From: a virus
Lineage: Duplodnaviria; Caudoviricetes
DNA: 64,000 nt
Reading direction: 5' to 3' (one strand)
IMG/VR virus record: IMGVR_UViG_3300014205_000200
Location: 25,162 to 89,161 of that record
Every line of letters begins with the position of its first letter. Position 1 is the first letter of the stretch. The notes beneath the pieces were generated by a model that was given only the letters and a program-made list of their open reading frames with translations, searched no databases and was not told the origin of the DNA. The position numbers were made by a program, and so were the translations under genes. Positions 17,412 through 25,895 of this stretch are shown here, in pieces.

Positions 17412-17624
17412 GTGAAGGTGAATTCCACATGCTCGGTCTGCGGAGCGCCGGTCCAGATCGGCGATCGGATCTTCGTCTTGGTGACGGAGGACGGGCCGAC
17501 GATCTCCCACGGGTGGTGCTTCCAACACCGGAGCTTCGGCTTCGAGCCCGACCAGAACCCAACGCTCCTCCACGCGCTCGAGGCCCGGGCCCGGTTGGCC
17601 TACGACCAGACGGGGGAAGCGTGA
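17412..17624 (+). CDS. small Zn-finger-like protein
   Basis: CSVC...HGWC. Confidence 0.55.
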   Translation: MKVNSTCSVCGAPVQIGDRIFVLVTEDGPTISHGWCFQHRSFGFEPDQNPTLLHALEARARLAYDQTGEA

Positions 17625-18019
17625 ACCGCGGGCACGTCGAGGTCGTGGCGTTGATCCAGTGCGCGGCCGAGGTCTGCCTGGCGGCCCTGCAGGAGAGCGT
17701 GGGCCGGAAGCTCCTCCGCGCCCCGGTGCGGCCGGACGTCTACTACGGGTGCGTCATGAAGGCGGTCGGGCAGATCGATCTGGTGTTGCGGGTCCAGTGG
17801 GGGGCGGCCGGGATGCGGGCCGGCCCGATCGCGCTGGCGGTCCAGGCGGTCGACCTGCTGCGGCTCGGGATCACGATCGCGAACGCCAACCCGGCCGACG
17901 ACTGGCTCCCCGTCCTGGTCCGCCGGGCCCATCAGCTGACGGTCCTGGCCGGCCGGGGGAAGATGGCGATCGATGGCCCGACGAGACCCGACCGCCCTGC
18001 CGATGATGAGGAACGCTAG
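17621..18019 (+). CDS. hypothetical protein
   Basis: GTGA overlap. Confidence 0.45.
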   Translation: MNRGHVEVVALIQCAAEVCLAALQESVGRKLLRAPVRPDVYYGCVMKAVGQIDLVLRVQWGAAGMRAGPIALAVQAVDLLRLGITIANANPADDWLPVLVRRAHQLTVLAGRGKMAIDGPTRPDRPADDEER

Positions 18020-18362
18020 CCTAGCGGCGGACCAGTACCGAGGCCTGGCGGCCGACTGGCACTTCGTCGTCTGCCGGTGTGGGTCCCGCTACCGGGTGGT
18101 CGGCCGAGCGGTCTTGGTTCGGCGAGAGGGTTGCCCGAGATGCGGGCCCGACCCGGAGTGGCGCTACCGGTCGGCTGTCCGCCATCTGGTGTTCGAGGTC
18201 GAGTACTCCGGCGCCCCCGATCGGCTGGGTCGGCGTCACGCCACCGTCCGGTGGGTCGAGCCCGGCAGCGGTCTTGAACGAGGCCAGGTCTTCTTCGGCT
18301 TCCCGGAGGAGATCGAGGCCCGGCTGCCCGGGCGGCGGGTTGTCGTCGAGGCGATCCGCTGA
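17973..18362 (+). CDS. hypothetical protein with CRC...CPRC
   Basis: GGGAAGAT box 8 nt upstream. Confidence 0.5.
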   Translation: MARRDPTALPMMRNASLAADQYRGLAADWHFVVCRCGSRYRVVGRAVLVRREGCPRCGPDPEWRYRSAVRHLVFEVEYSGAPDRLGRRHATVRWVEPGSGLERGQVFFGFPEEIEARLPGRRVVVEAIR

Positions 18363-18380
18363 CGAGGGAAGATGGGGGTC

Positions 18381-19376
18381 ATGACGGAACCCCGCTTCCA
18401 TACGCTCACCCGCGAAGGCATCACGGTCAAGGTCGTGGCCGACAACCGGAACCCGGCCGGCAGTCGGCTGACGACGCTGGCCTGCACCTATCCGCGCTTC
18501 ATCCACTCAGAGGTGATGACCCACCGGGTCTTCAGCCGGAATGCCGCCAGCTCGCGTGCGATCCCGACCCGGGCCCTTCAGGACCGGGTCTGGAAGGACC
18601 CGGCCGCCCCGGTCTTCTGGGGCGCCGAGCAGAAGGGGATGCAGGCCGAAGGCGAGCTGTCGGACGAGGAGGCGGATCGCCGGTCGGTCATGAACCGCGA
18701 CGGCGGGTATGAGGACCTTACGCCTCGTCAGTACGCGCAGCAGCGGTGGTCGACCGCCCGGTTGGATATGCTGCGGGCCGCCCGTGAGCTGAGCGACCTA
18801 GGGAGCGCCCACCCGGATTGGAAGGGGGTCGGGCTCCACAAGCAGCTGGCCAACCGGCTGATCGAACCCTGGATGTCGATCACGACCCTCATCACGGCGA
18901 CCCACTGGCGGGGCTTCCTTCACCAACGGGCCCACCCGGCGGCGATGCCGGAGTTCCGCGTCCTGGCCGAGTTGATCGGGGAGGTGCTCGAGACCCGGGC
19001 GCCGGTTCAGCTCCGGTTTGGTGAGTGGCACTTGCCGTTCGTCCTCGATGCCGAGAAGGCGAACGACGTCCCGGAAGGCGCGGCCGGCTTCCGCCACCCG
19101 CTGGTGCGGATCTCCACCGGCCGGTGTGCTCGGGTCAGCTACCTGAACCACGAAGGCGTCAGCCGGCCGGACGAGGACCGGGCGCTGGCCGATCGGTTGG
19201 AGCACGCCGATCGACCGGAAGAGCCCGGGCACTGGAGCCCGTTCGAGCACCAGGCCACCGCGCTGAGCCCGTTCGGCGCGGTGCCGAACCCGACCGCCCG
19301 GTCGCTCCACGGCAATTTCCATCCGAGTTGGATCCAGCACCGGAAGCTCTTCGAGCGCGAGAACCAGGAGGGGTGA
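18381..19376 (+). CDS. thyX: flavin-dependent thymidylate synthase (ThyX/Thy1 family)
   Basis: YPRFIHSEVMTHRVFSRNAASSRAIP, HKQLANRLIEPW, STGRCARVSY, HWSPFEHQA. Confidence 0.85.
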   Translation: MTEPRFHTLTREGITVKVVADNRNPAGSRLTTLACTYPRFIHSEVMTHRVFSRNAASSRAIPTRALQDRVWKDPAAPVFWGAEQKGMQAEGELSDEEADRRSVMNRDGGYEDLTPRQYAQQRWSTARLDMLRAARELSDLGSAHPDWKGVGLHKQLANRLIEPWMSITTLITATHWRGFLHQRAHPAAMPEFRVLAELIGEVLETRAPVQLRFGEWHLPFVLDAEKANDVPEGAAGFRHPLVRISTGRCARVSYLNHEGVSRPDEDRALADRLEHADRPEEPGHWSPFEHQATALSPFGAVPNPTARSLHGNFHPSWIQHRKLFERENQEG

Positions 19377-19462
19377 TGGGGCGATCGCGATCTTGGTGAA
19401 GCTATGCCGGGAGGTGAGGCGATGAAAGACTGGTACGACAACACGCCGGATCGGGGGCCGCA

Positions 19463-19696
19463 ATGAAGGAGTTGTACTGGCACTGCCTTGAGTGCGGAGC
19501 CAACGATCCCGTCGAGCCCACGGGCGGCACGGAAGAGTACGTGCTGGGCGACCACGAGCCGTGCATCACATGCGGCACTGGGACCGCGCACGTGATGACG
19601 ATCCGTCTCGGCGCGGCCTATGAGCAAGGGCGCGCGCTCGGCATGAGCATCAGAGATGCGTGGGCGCGCGCCCGGCAGATGGTGGTGCGAGCATGA
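19463..19696 (+). CDS. small Cys-containing protein
   Basis: CLEC...CITC. Confidence 0.5.
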   Translation: MKELYWHCLECGANDPVEPTGGTEEYVLGDHEPCITCGTGTAHVMTIRLGAAYEQGRALGMSIRDAWARARQMVVRA

Positions 19697-20022
19697 AACG
19701 CGAAGAGCTTCGTGACCCGATCGATCGGTTGTTGGCCTGGTTCTATCGCCGGCAGATCGAGGCCGGAGAGGTGACGTTGATGTTCTCCGGGGATCTTCGG
19801 CAGCTCGTCGGGATGGCGTTGGACCTGACGACGATGCCGGAGGACGGCCCGGCCCGCCCCGGGCGGGAGGTCACCACCCGATGGTTGATCGTCGGGGCCG
19901 TTCCGGCATCCTCGAAGGTCGAGCTGGAGTCGATCCCGAAGTGGCGAGGCCGCTACTGGCGGCTCCGGTGGGCGGTTCGGCAGCGGTGGGCCGATGCCCG
20001 GGCCCGGTTCGCTCGTGAGTGA
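19693..20022 (+). CDS. hypothetical protein
   Basis: ATGA overlap. Confidence 0.5.
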   Translation: MKREELRDPIDRLLAWFYRRQIEAGEVTLMFSGDLRQLVGMALDLTTMPEDGPARPGREVTTRWLIVGAVPASSKVELESIPKWRGRYWRLRWAVRQRWADARARFARE

Positions 20023-20245
20023 GACGGCGCTCGACTGGTTCCGGCTCAGCCCCAGCAACCCGGCTTTCGTTCGCGTCGACCCCGCCACCGGCCGGCTGGT
20101 CGGGCGGGCGGACGAACGCGAACAGGCCGCCTACCTCGCCCAACCGGCCCGCCATCCGGCGTTCCGCCAGCCGGTTCGGGTCGGGGCTTTCTTGATCGAC
20201 CTCGCCACCGGCCCGGGCGCCTGGCTGGGGGGTGCCGGGTTCTAG
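20015..20245 (+). CDS. hypothetical protein
   Basis: overlapping start. Confidence 0.45.
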   Translation: MSETALDWFRLSPSNPAFVRVDPATGRLVGRADEREQAAYLAQPARHPAFRQPVRVGAFLIDLATGPGAWLGGAGF

Positions 20246-20415
20246 GCCCGGTCCGCGGCTGGAGGCAAGGCTCCGCCCGGGGCTGCAGGTCGTCTCGGGG
20301 GATCCGGGTTGCCCGCTTGGGGCCCGGCCGGGCGCCGGACAGGGTGGGACCGCTGAGGAGCCGGGCCCGGGGTCCCTGAGGCTGGCGAACCGGCGGGCCG
20401 CCCGGCCGGGTAGCC

Positions 20416-20495
20416 CAACCCCGAGTAGCCCTCCGGTTTTGACGATTGGTACGATTTCGGTTTTACGGAAACGATTTCGGCGCTATGCTCTCTTT
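20416..20495 (+). promoter_or_regulatory. 80-bp leaderless promoter module, copy 1
   Basis: CAACCCCGAG...ACGATTGGTACGATTTCGGTTTTACGGAAACGATTTCGGCGCTATGCTCTCTTT then ATG; TTTACG-N16-TATGCT-N6-ATG. Confidence 0.9.
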
Positions 20496-20750
20496 ATGAA
20501 CCGAACGCTGCACCTCGAAGGCTACGAACCGAATTTCGCCGGGCTCGACTCCTGGGCGTTTCACACGCGGAAGGCCGAGAACGCTCGAATCGAGATCGCC
20601 CACTTCAAGGGCCGGCTCGAGGAAGAGTACGCCAACCAGCGGGCCCGGGTGCCGGGGGCCGGCCGGATGATCCAGCTGGTGCTGCTGAAGCTGGCCAGCG
20701 CGCACGAGGCGGCGGCCGATGCCGAGGAGGCGCTGGCTTGGTTGAGCTAG
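20496..20750 (+). CDS. 84-aa probable early protein
   Basis: ATG follows the module directly. Confidence 0.7.
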   Translation: MNRTLHLEGYEPNFAGLDSWAFHTRKAENARIEIAHFKGRLEEEYANQRARVPGAGRMIQLVLLKLASAHEAAADAEEALAWLS

Positions 20751-20753
20751 GCC

Positions 20754-20769
20754 GAGAACGCGCGTTCTC
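20754..20769. repeat. 16-bp palindrome copy 6
   Basis: exact match, 3 nt after TAG. Confidence 0.95.
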
Positions 20770-20845
20770 GGGGGAGGGGTGAGCCTCTCCCCCGGGGGCC
20801 GAGTGGGGCGAGTGAGCCTCAGAGGAAGAGGGGAAGGAACGACAA

Positions 20846-21250
20846 ATGAGCGGAGGAGATTTGCTTCACGTCTACACCACCACCCGGCCGGACGGCTCCG
20901 AGAGCGCCCACACGGCGGTCTTCCAAGAGCCCGACGACACGATCAAGGTCTACACCTCGTCCGGTCCGGTGATCGTCATCCGACCCGACGGCCCGGTGGT
21001 TCAGATCCTGAGGGACGCCGGCCTGGCGGCGGAGCCGGTCCTGAACGCCTCCGCCCGGCGGGCGGCCGAACGGACCCAGGCCCGGCGGTCAACCGGGCTG
21101 GTCGCCCGGGAGGCGCTGTCGGCCCGGCTGGTCGAGCGCGGGGTCGACACCTTCGAGGCGTCGCTCGATGAGCGCGGGTGGGTGGTGGTGGCGCTTTCGC
21201 CTGCGGAGGCTGGCCGGCTGGGCGACCTGCTGGGGAGGGAGGATCGATGA
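20846..21250 (+). CDS. hypothetical protein
   Basis: purine-rich SD region upstream. Confidence 0.6.
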   Translation: MSGGDLLHVYTTTRPDGSESAHTAVFQEPDDTIKVYTSSGPVIVIRPDGPVVQILRDAGLAAEPVLNASARRAAERTQARRSTGLVAREALSARLVERGVDTFEASLDERGWVVVALSPAEAGRLGDLLGREDR

Positions 21251-21570
21251 ATACCGAAATCGAGATCGGTGCCACCCCGTACGACGAGCCGTGTGCCCAG
21301 GTGGGGGAGCCGGGCTACGAGGAGCGGGCCCGGGCCGAGTGCCGGGTGTTCATCCGGCAGATCCGTCGGGCGATCGGGCCCGAACCGGCGGGCGCCCGGT
21401 TGGTAGTGCGCTCGCATTCGCACGACTTCGGCCTCTACCAGGAGGTCGGGCTTCGGTTCGACGACGATGACGAGGCCCAGGCGCGGTACGCCGCCAAGCT
21501 GGAGGACAGCGTCCCAGACCGGTGGGACGAGACCGCCCGGATCGAGCTGGGCTTGGAGGTGGGCGCGTGA
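21247..21570 (+). CDS. hypothetical phage protein
   Basis: IGATPYDEPCAQVG...HDFGLYQEV; GGAGGA SD. Confidence 0.65.
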   Translation: MNTEIEIGATPYDEPCAQVGEPGYEERARAECRVFIRQIRRAIGPEPAGARLVVRSHSHDFGLYQEVGLRFDDDDEAQARYAAKLEDSVPDRWDETARIELGLEVGA

Positions 21571-21700
21571 AGGCCAAACTACGGTGGGGCCCGGCCCTCC
21601 TGCTGTGCCCAGTCGCCGTCTTGGCGTTCGCTTGCCAGTACGGCCCGGTCGTCAACCAGGCGATCATCCTTTTACGAGCCCTGTTGAACGGGAGGTAGCG

Positions 21701-22132
21701 ATGAAGACGTACGGGTACAACGGGCTGGCGGGGTGCGTGGCGCAGGTGAAGAACCGGGAGACCGGCCGGCTGGTGGGCCTTTACCGTAACGACCAGGCCG
21801 ATCTCGACGACGATGACGGTGCGTGGTCGACCGTCTGCGAGCCGCACGGGATGCTGGTCAACCACGCGACGCTCGCGCTCGCCAGGAGCCACCTGGCGGC
21901 CCCGGGCGATTGGTGTGAGGACTGTGCCGCGCTCGCTCGCGATGGACAGGTGGCGGACGGGACGGTGTCGGTCACGTCGACCGCGCCCGAGAAGGCTCTT
22001 GAGTTCTGCCGGACGCGGCTCGGGATCTCGCCGGCCCGGATCGGGCGCCTGACGGACGCCGGCCCGGTGTCGCTCCCCGGCTTTCCGCCCGGCACCCGCC
22101 GGTTCGTCATCAGCCTGGTCGAGCGCGCCTGA
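21701..22132 (+). CDS. hypothetical protein
   Basis: GGAGG SD; VCEPHG...WCEDC. Confidence 0.6.
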   Translation: MKTYGYNGLAGCVAQVKNRETGRLVGLYRNDQADLDDDDGAWSTVCEPHGMLVNHATLALARSHLAAPGDWCEDCAALARDGQVADGTVSVTSTAPEKALEFCRTRLGISPARIGRLTDAGPVSLPGFPPGTRRFVISLVERA

Positions 22133-22138
22133 GGACCG

Positions 22139-22213
22139 CAACCCCGGGCCACCCTCCGGCTTCTACGATTGGTACGATTTCGGTTTTACGGCCTCCGACT
22201 TCGGAGGTATGAT
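22139..22213 (+). promoter_or_regulatory. variant promoter module (copy 2) with hairpin spacer and no downstream ORF
   Basis: TTTACG (22185-22190), 17-nt spacer containing CCTCCG-ACTT-CGGAGG, TATGAT (22208-22213). Confidence 0.75.
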
Positions 22214-22298
22214 GGGGGGTCAGGTTGGTTCCCGTTCGTCGCCAGGCGGCCCGGCTCGCCCGGGCGGATCCGGGCCCGGGCGGTCGCCCCCCGGGTCC

Positions 22299-22378
22299 CA
22301 ACCCCGAGCAGCGCTCCGGCTTCGACGATCGTTACGATTTCGGCTTTACGAGAACCATTTCGGCGCTATGCTCTCTTT
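22299..22378 (+). promoter_or_regulatory. 80-bp leaderless promoter module, copy 3
   Basis: same layout with several substitutions; ATG at 22379. Confidence 0.9.
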
Positions 22379-22561
22379 ATGAAGAACGAAGTGCGAGTCG
22401 AGACGGTTCGAATCATCCTCACCGAGGAGCAGAAGAAGGCGATTGCCTTCGGCGAGGACGTCATCCTGGCCTACTGGAAGACGGTCAACACGGCCAAGGG
22501 TCGCCGGATGGTCAAGAGCGTCGAGAAGAAGCTCTACTACATGCGGCTCGGGCTGGCCTAA
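22379..22561 (+). CDS. 60-aa probable early protein
   Basis: ATG follows the module directly. Confidence 0.7.
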   Translation: MKNEVRVETVRIILTEEQKKAIAFGEDVILAYWKTVNTAKGRRMVKSVEKKLYYMRLGLA

Positions 22562-22650
22562 GGCCCGGGCCTCGGGCCCCCCTCGGGGGGCCGGTTCGCC
22601 CCGCCTGGGTCCCGTTGGGACGCCGGGTTGTGGCGGTCCGTGGTCGGGCC

Positions 22651-22664
22651 GATAGCATGCTATC
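22651..22664. promoter_or_regulatory. 14-bp palindrome GATAGCATGCTATC (possible operator)
   Basis: perfect palindrome; 12/14 match at 23754-23767. Confidence 0.4.
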
Positions 22665-22710
22665 CGATCCGGGCCGGCCGGTTGGGGGACCTTGGGGGAG
22701 GCCGTTCCTA

Positions 22711-22790
22711 CAACCCCGAGCGACCCTCCGGCTTTGACGATTGGTACGATTTCGGTTTTACGGAAACGATTTCGGCGCTATGCTCTCTTT
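22711..22790 (+). promoter_or_regulatory. 80-bp leaderless promoter module, copy 4
   Basis: near-identical to copy 1; ATG at 22791. Confidence 0.9.
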
Positions 22791-23042
22791 ATGAAGAGCA
22801 AGTGGGGCAACGAGAAGCGAGAGCGAGAGAACGGCCGGTTCGCGGTGTCGGAGGCGTGCGACTGCTGTGGCAAGGGGACCGGTCGGGATTACTGCACCGA
22901 CGATGAGGTCTGCGGTGGCACGGACGGCCCGGGGTTCTTTCTCTGTGCCCGGGCACGGTGCCGGGCGAAGGTTGAGGGCCTGGGGGTCGAGGAGCGGCGG
23001 GTGCTCTACACGGCCCAGCGGGCGGCGAACCGGGCCCGCTAG
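22791..23042 (+). CDS. 83-aa Cys-rich probable early protein
   Basis: CDCC, C, C, CARARC. Confidence 0.7.
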   Translation: MKSKWGNEKRERENGRFAVSEACDCCGKGTGRDYCTDDEVCGGTDGPGFFLCARARCRAKVEGLGVEERRVLYTAQRAANRAR

Positions 23043-23089
23043 GCCCAGACGACGGAACCGGGCCCGCTAGGGCCCAGAAGGAGAACGAG

Positions 23090-23422
23090 ATGAACGAGAC
23101 CGCCAAGACTGAGGCCTACGGCTACGAGATCCTGTACCGGGGCCAGTGGGTCATGGACGCCGGTCCCCGGGCGGCGGACGCCTACCGGCTGGCGCTCCAG
23201 CTCAGCGCCCACTACGCCCACCCGGGTCTGGTGACCCTTGTCCGCATGTGGGCCACCACCCGGCCGGGCGAGCGCGCGGTCTGGATCCAGCGCCCGGTGG
23301 CGCTCTTCGTGGCCGGTCGCCAGCAGACCGGCGACCGCAGCTGGCAGTCCTTCCGGACGCCGGCCCCCGCCCCCGCCCCCCTGTCGGCCCGGTGCTTCTG
23401 GGCGGAAGTGAGGTGCTCGTGA
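23090..23422 (+). CDS. hypothetical protein
   Basis: AAGGAG SD. Confidence 0.6.
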   Translation: MNETAKTEAYGYEILYRGQWVMDAGPRAADAYRLALQLSAHYAHPGLVTLVRMWATTRPGERAVWIQRPVALFVAGRQQTGDRSWQSFRTPAPAPAPLSARCFWAEVRCS

Positions 23423-23724
23423 TCCGCCCGCTCGACCTGAGCCCCCGGGGGTTCCTTCCCGTCCGCCCGATCTCGCCGGCCGAGACCGACCCGCTGCGGG
23501 CGGTCCAGCATGGCGCCAGCTGGTGCCCGCCCGAATTCCAGGCTGACCTTGGGCGTGCTCTGGCGGAGGCCAGCCGGGTCGCCGGCTTGCTCCGGACCCA
23601 CCGGGAGGCCGACCGGGTTCTGGCCTGGCTGGGGCATGAGGGCTACGGCCCGCTGACCAGCAAACGGCTGACCGTCGAGTGCCTGCTGGTGGAGGCCTGG
23701 TTCCCCCACCGGATCGTCCGCTAG
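23419..23724 (+). CDS. hypothetical protein
   Basis: GAGG SD, GTGA overlap. Confidence 0.5.
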   Translation: MIRPLDLSPRGFLPVRPISPAETDPLRAVQHGASWCPPEFQADLGRALAEASRVAGLLRTHREADRVLAWLGHEGYGPLTSKRLTVECLLVEAWFPHRIVR

Positions 23725-23804
23725 CGGTCCCGGGCGGTCCGCCGGGCCCGGTCGGCAGCATGCTATCGGGGGCGGTGGGCCGACGCCGTGGGACCGCCGG
23801 GTCC

Positions 23805-23884
23805 CAACCCCGAGCGACCCTCCGGTTTTGACGATTGGTACGATTTCGGTTTTACGGAAACGATTTCGGCGCTATGCTCTCTTT
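23805..23884 (+). promoter_or_regulatory. 80-bp leaderless promoter module, copy 5
   Basis: near-identical to copies 1 and 4; ATG at 23885. Confidence 0.9.
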
Positions 23885-24163
23885 ATGAAGAACGAAGTGG
23901 TCAGCGAGGCGGTAAAGGTGTGCAGCGAGGCGGTTCGGGCGATTGACGCCCTCCGCGCCAGTGAGCGGTTCACCCCGTTCGCGGGTTGGTACCGGGGCGA
24001 CCACGCGAAGGCCCGGACGGCGGTCCGCCGGGCGGTCGAGGCGGTCGAGGCGATCGCCAGCTCGGAGGAGGAGAAGGAGCTGTGCCGCCTCTTCCTGGCG
24101 GCTCTTCGGAAGAAGGCTCCGCTCCCCGGTGAGCTTCGGGCCGCGCTCGTGAGGGAGGTCTAA
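23885..24163 (+). CDS. 92-aa helical probable early protein
   Basis: ATG follows the module; starts MKNEV like the 22379 product. Confidence 0.7.
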   Translation: MKNEVVSEAVKVCSEAVRAIDALRASERFTPFAGWYRGDHAKARTAVRRAVEAVEAIASSEEEKELCRLFLAALRKKAPLPGELRAALVREV

Positions 24164-24164
24164 G

Positions 24165-24341
24165 ATGCGGTACGTGATTGTCGACGGACAGGTTCTCCCG
24201 GTCGGGACCCCTGAGGAGCACCGGGCCGCCCGACTGGCGGTTGAGGCGGCCGGGCTCTTCTCGGCGGAGGTTTACGAGGGACCGGTGGCGACGGGCCTCC
24301 GGGTGTTTTGCTTGGCCCGAGTGGCCGGAGGTGCGTGGTGA
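24165..24341 (+). CDS. 58-aa hypothetical protein (not in ORF track)
   Basis: GGAGG SD; fills the gap exactly. Confidence 0.5.
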   Translation: MRYVIVDGQVLPVGTPEEHRAARLAVEAAGLFSAEVYEGPVATGLRVFCLARVAGGAW

Positions 24342-24736
24342 ACGACTACATCGGTCGAAAGAAGGAGTGCGTGATGATGGAACAGTGGAAGGCCCGGTTG
24401 TTGGCCGAGATCGATAAGGAGAGCAACGAGCTGTCGAGGCTGAACGCTCGGCACGGCCTAGAGGGGTGGCTGAATTCTTTCTGGCTCTTCGAGGAAGCCG
24501 TCGTCTGCGAGACGAAGGTGGAGCACTACAAGGCCTTGTTGCTCGCCCTCAACAAGGGTCGGATCTCGAAGAGGGAGGATTTGGCCGACTACTTGGAGCG
24601 CCTCGTCGAGCAGATGCTCGAGTGGCTTCCCGTGCGGTCTACCGACCCGGTGGCGGTCGCGATTGACGTCTATCGCCACAAGGGTCGTGAACGGTTCGTT
24701 CAGTTCATCCGCGTCTTGCTGAAGGAGGAGAGCTGA
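24338..24736 (+). CDS. helical hypothetical protein
   Basis: GGAGG SD, GTGA overlap. Confidence 0.55.
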   Translation: MNDYIGRKKECVMMEQWKARLLAEIDKESNELSRLNARHGLEGWLNSFWLFEEAVVCETKVEHYKALLLALNKGRISKREDLADYLERLVEQMLEWLPVRSTDPVAVAIDVYRHKGRERFVQFIRVLLKEES

Positions 24737-25041
24737 TGGACTGTCCGGAGTGCGGGGGCGCTGGCCAGCGATGCGTGAAGCTCCTCGGCGCCACCGATCC
24801 GGTTGATGGCCCGGTCGACTGTGGGCGGTGTGGCGGAACCGGCCAGCTGAGTACGCGCGTTCTCGCCGATCCGTTCTCCGTCCAACCGATGCCGGGCCAA
24901 CCGGCCTACACGCTCGAGGAGGCCGCCCGGGTGTCGGCTCTGGTGGAGTCGGCGGCGGAGGCGTCCGACCGCTACGGCGACGACGAGCTAGAGTACTGGG
25001 CGAGTCAGATGCGGCCCAGGCCGCGGAGGAGGGGATCGTGA
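24736..25041 (+). CDS. protein with DnaJ-type CxxCxGxG zinc-finger repeats
   Basis: CPECGGAG and CGRCGGTG. Confidence 0.6.
   Translation: MDCPECGGAGQRCVKLLGATDPVDGPVDCGRCGGTGQLSTRVLADPFSVQPMPGQPAYTLEEAARVSALVESAAEASDRYGDDELEYWASQMRPRPRRRGS
24849..24864. repeat. palindrome copy 7 (15/16, intragenic)
   Basis: GAGTACGCGCGTTCTC. Confidence 0.7.
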
Positions 25042-25895
25042 GATCGAGAGATGTGGTCGACGCCTTGATGTTCTGCTTGATGCTCGCCGGATGCGCGCTC
25101 GCGATGACGATGATCGGGTGCGCCGAACCGGCCCTGGTGGTCGGGACCTTCAACGTCCGGTACGACACCGAGCAGGACGGCCCCGACGCTTGGTCGGCCG
25201 GCCGGCGACACCGGGTCGAGCTGGCGATCCGGGCGCTCGACCCCGACGTGATGGCGATCCAGGAGCTGCTGCCTCGCCAGCTCGAGGAGCTGCGGGCCGA
25301 TCTGGCGGACGGCTGGCTGCTTGAGTCGGCCGACGCGGGCGGTTCGCCCCAGAGCAACGCGATCCTCTACCGGGGCGCCCGACTTCGGCTGACCGGTGTC
25401 GAGCGTCGGTGGCTGGGCCCCGACCCGACCATCCCGGGAAGCCGGTGGGGCGACGCCTACCCGCGGGTCGCTCTCCGGGCCTCGCTGGTCGACCGGCTGA
25501 CCGGCGAGGCGTTCCGCTTCACCGCGACCCACACGAACGGCGGAGGGCCGGCCGGCCGGGCTGAGTGGGACCAGCTGATGAAAGAGTTCGCCCCCCAGCC
25601 GGGCGACATCCTGGGGGGCGACTTCAATGAGCTGTGGGGGCCGAACGTTTGGGGCCTCGCCCCTGGGGGCCCTCGGGCGCGTGAGGCCGGCTGGGACGAC
25701 CTGGTGGGGCCGGCGACCGCACCTCCGGCCGGCTGGTCGGGCGGGCCGCCCGGTGCCGCCTGGGATCCGACCGGCCGAGTCGACTGGCTGGTGGGTGCCG
25801 GGTTCGAGGTCCTGTCTTCGACGGTGGCGCCGATCCGGGTCGACGGCCGGGCGTGTTCGGACCACTGGCCCGTGACTGCGACGGTGGTCCGATGA
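25038..25895 (+). CDS. endonuclease/exonuclease/phosphatase (EEP) family protein with a hydrophobic N-terminus
   Basis: GTFNVRYD, AIQE, THTN, GGDFN, VDWL, SDHWPV; leader LMFCLMLAGCALAMTMIGC. Confidence 0.85.
   Translation: MRSRDVVDALMFCLMLAGCALAMTMIGCAEPALVVGTFNVRYDTEQDGPDAWSAGRRHRVELAIRALDPDVMAIQELLPRQLEELRADLADGWLLESADAGGSPQSNAILYRGARLRLTGVERRWLGPDPTIPGSRWGDAYPRVALRASLVDRLTGEAFRFTATHTNGGGPAGRAEWDQLMKEFAPQPGDILGGDFNELWGPNVWGLAPGGPRAREAGWDDLVGPATAPPAGWSGGPPGAAWDPTGRVDWLVGAGFEVLSSTVAPIRVDGRACSDHWPVTATVVR

Noticed and set aside
20416-23884. Repeats as a CRISPR or mini-CRISPR array
   Set aside because: Units are about 80 bp with -35/-10 boxes, separated by very unequal gaps (about 80 bp to 1.6 kb) that contain ORFs; no cas genes.
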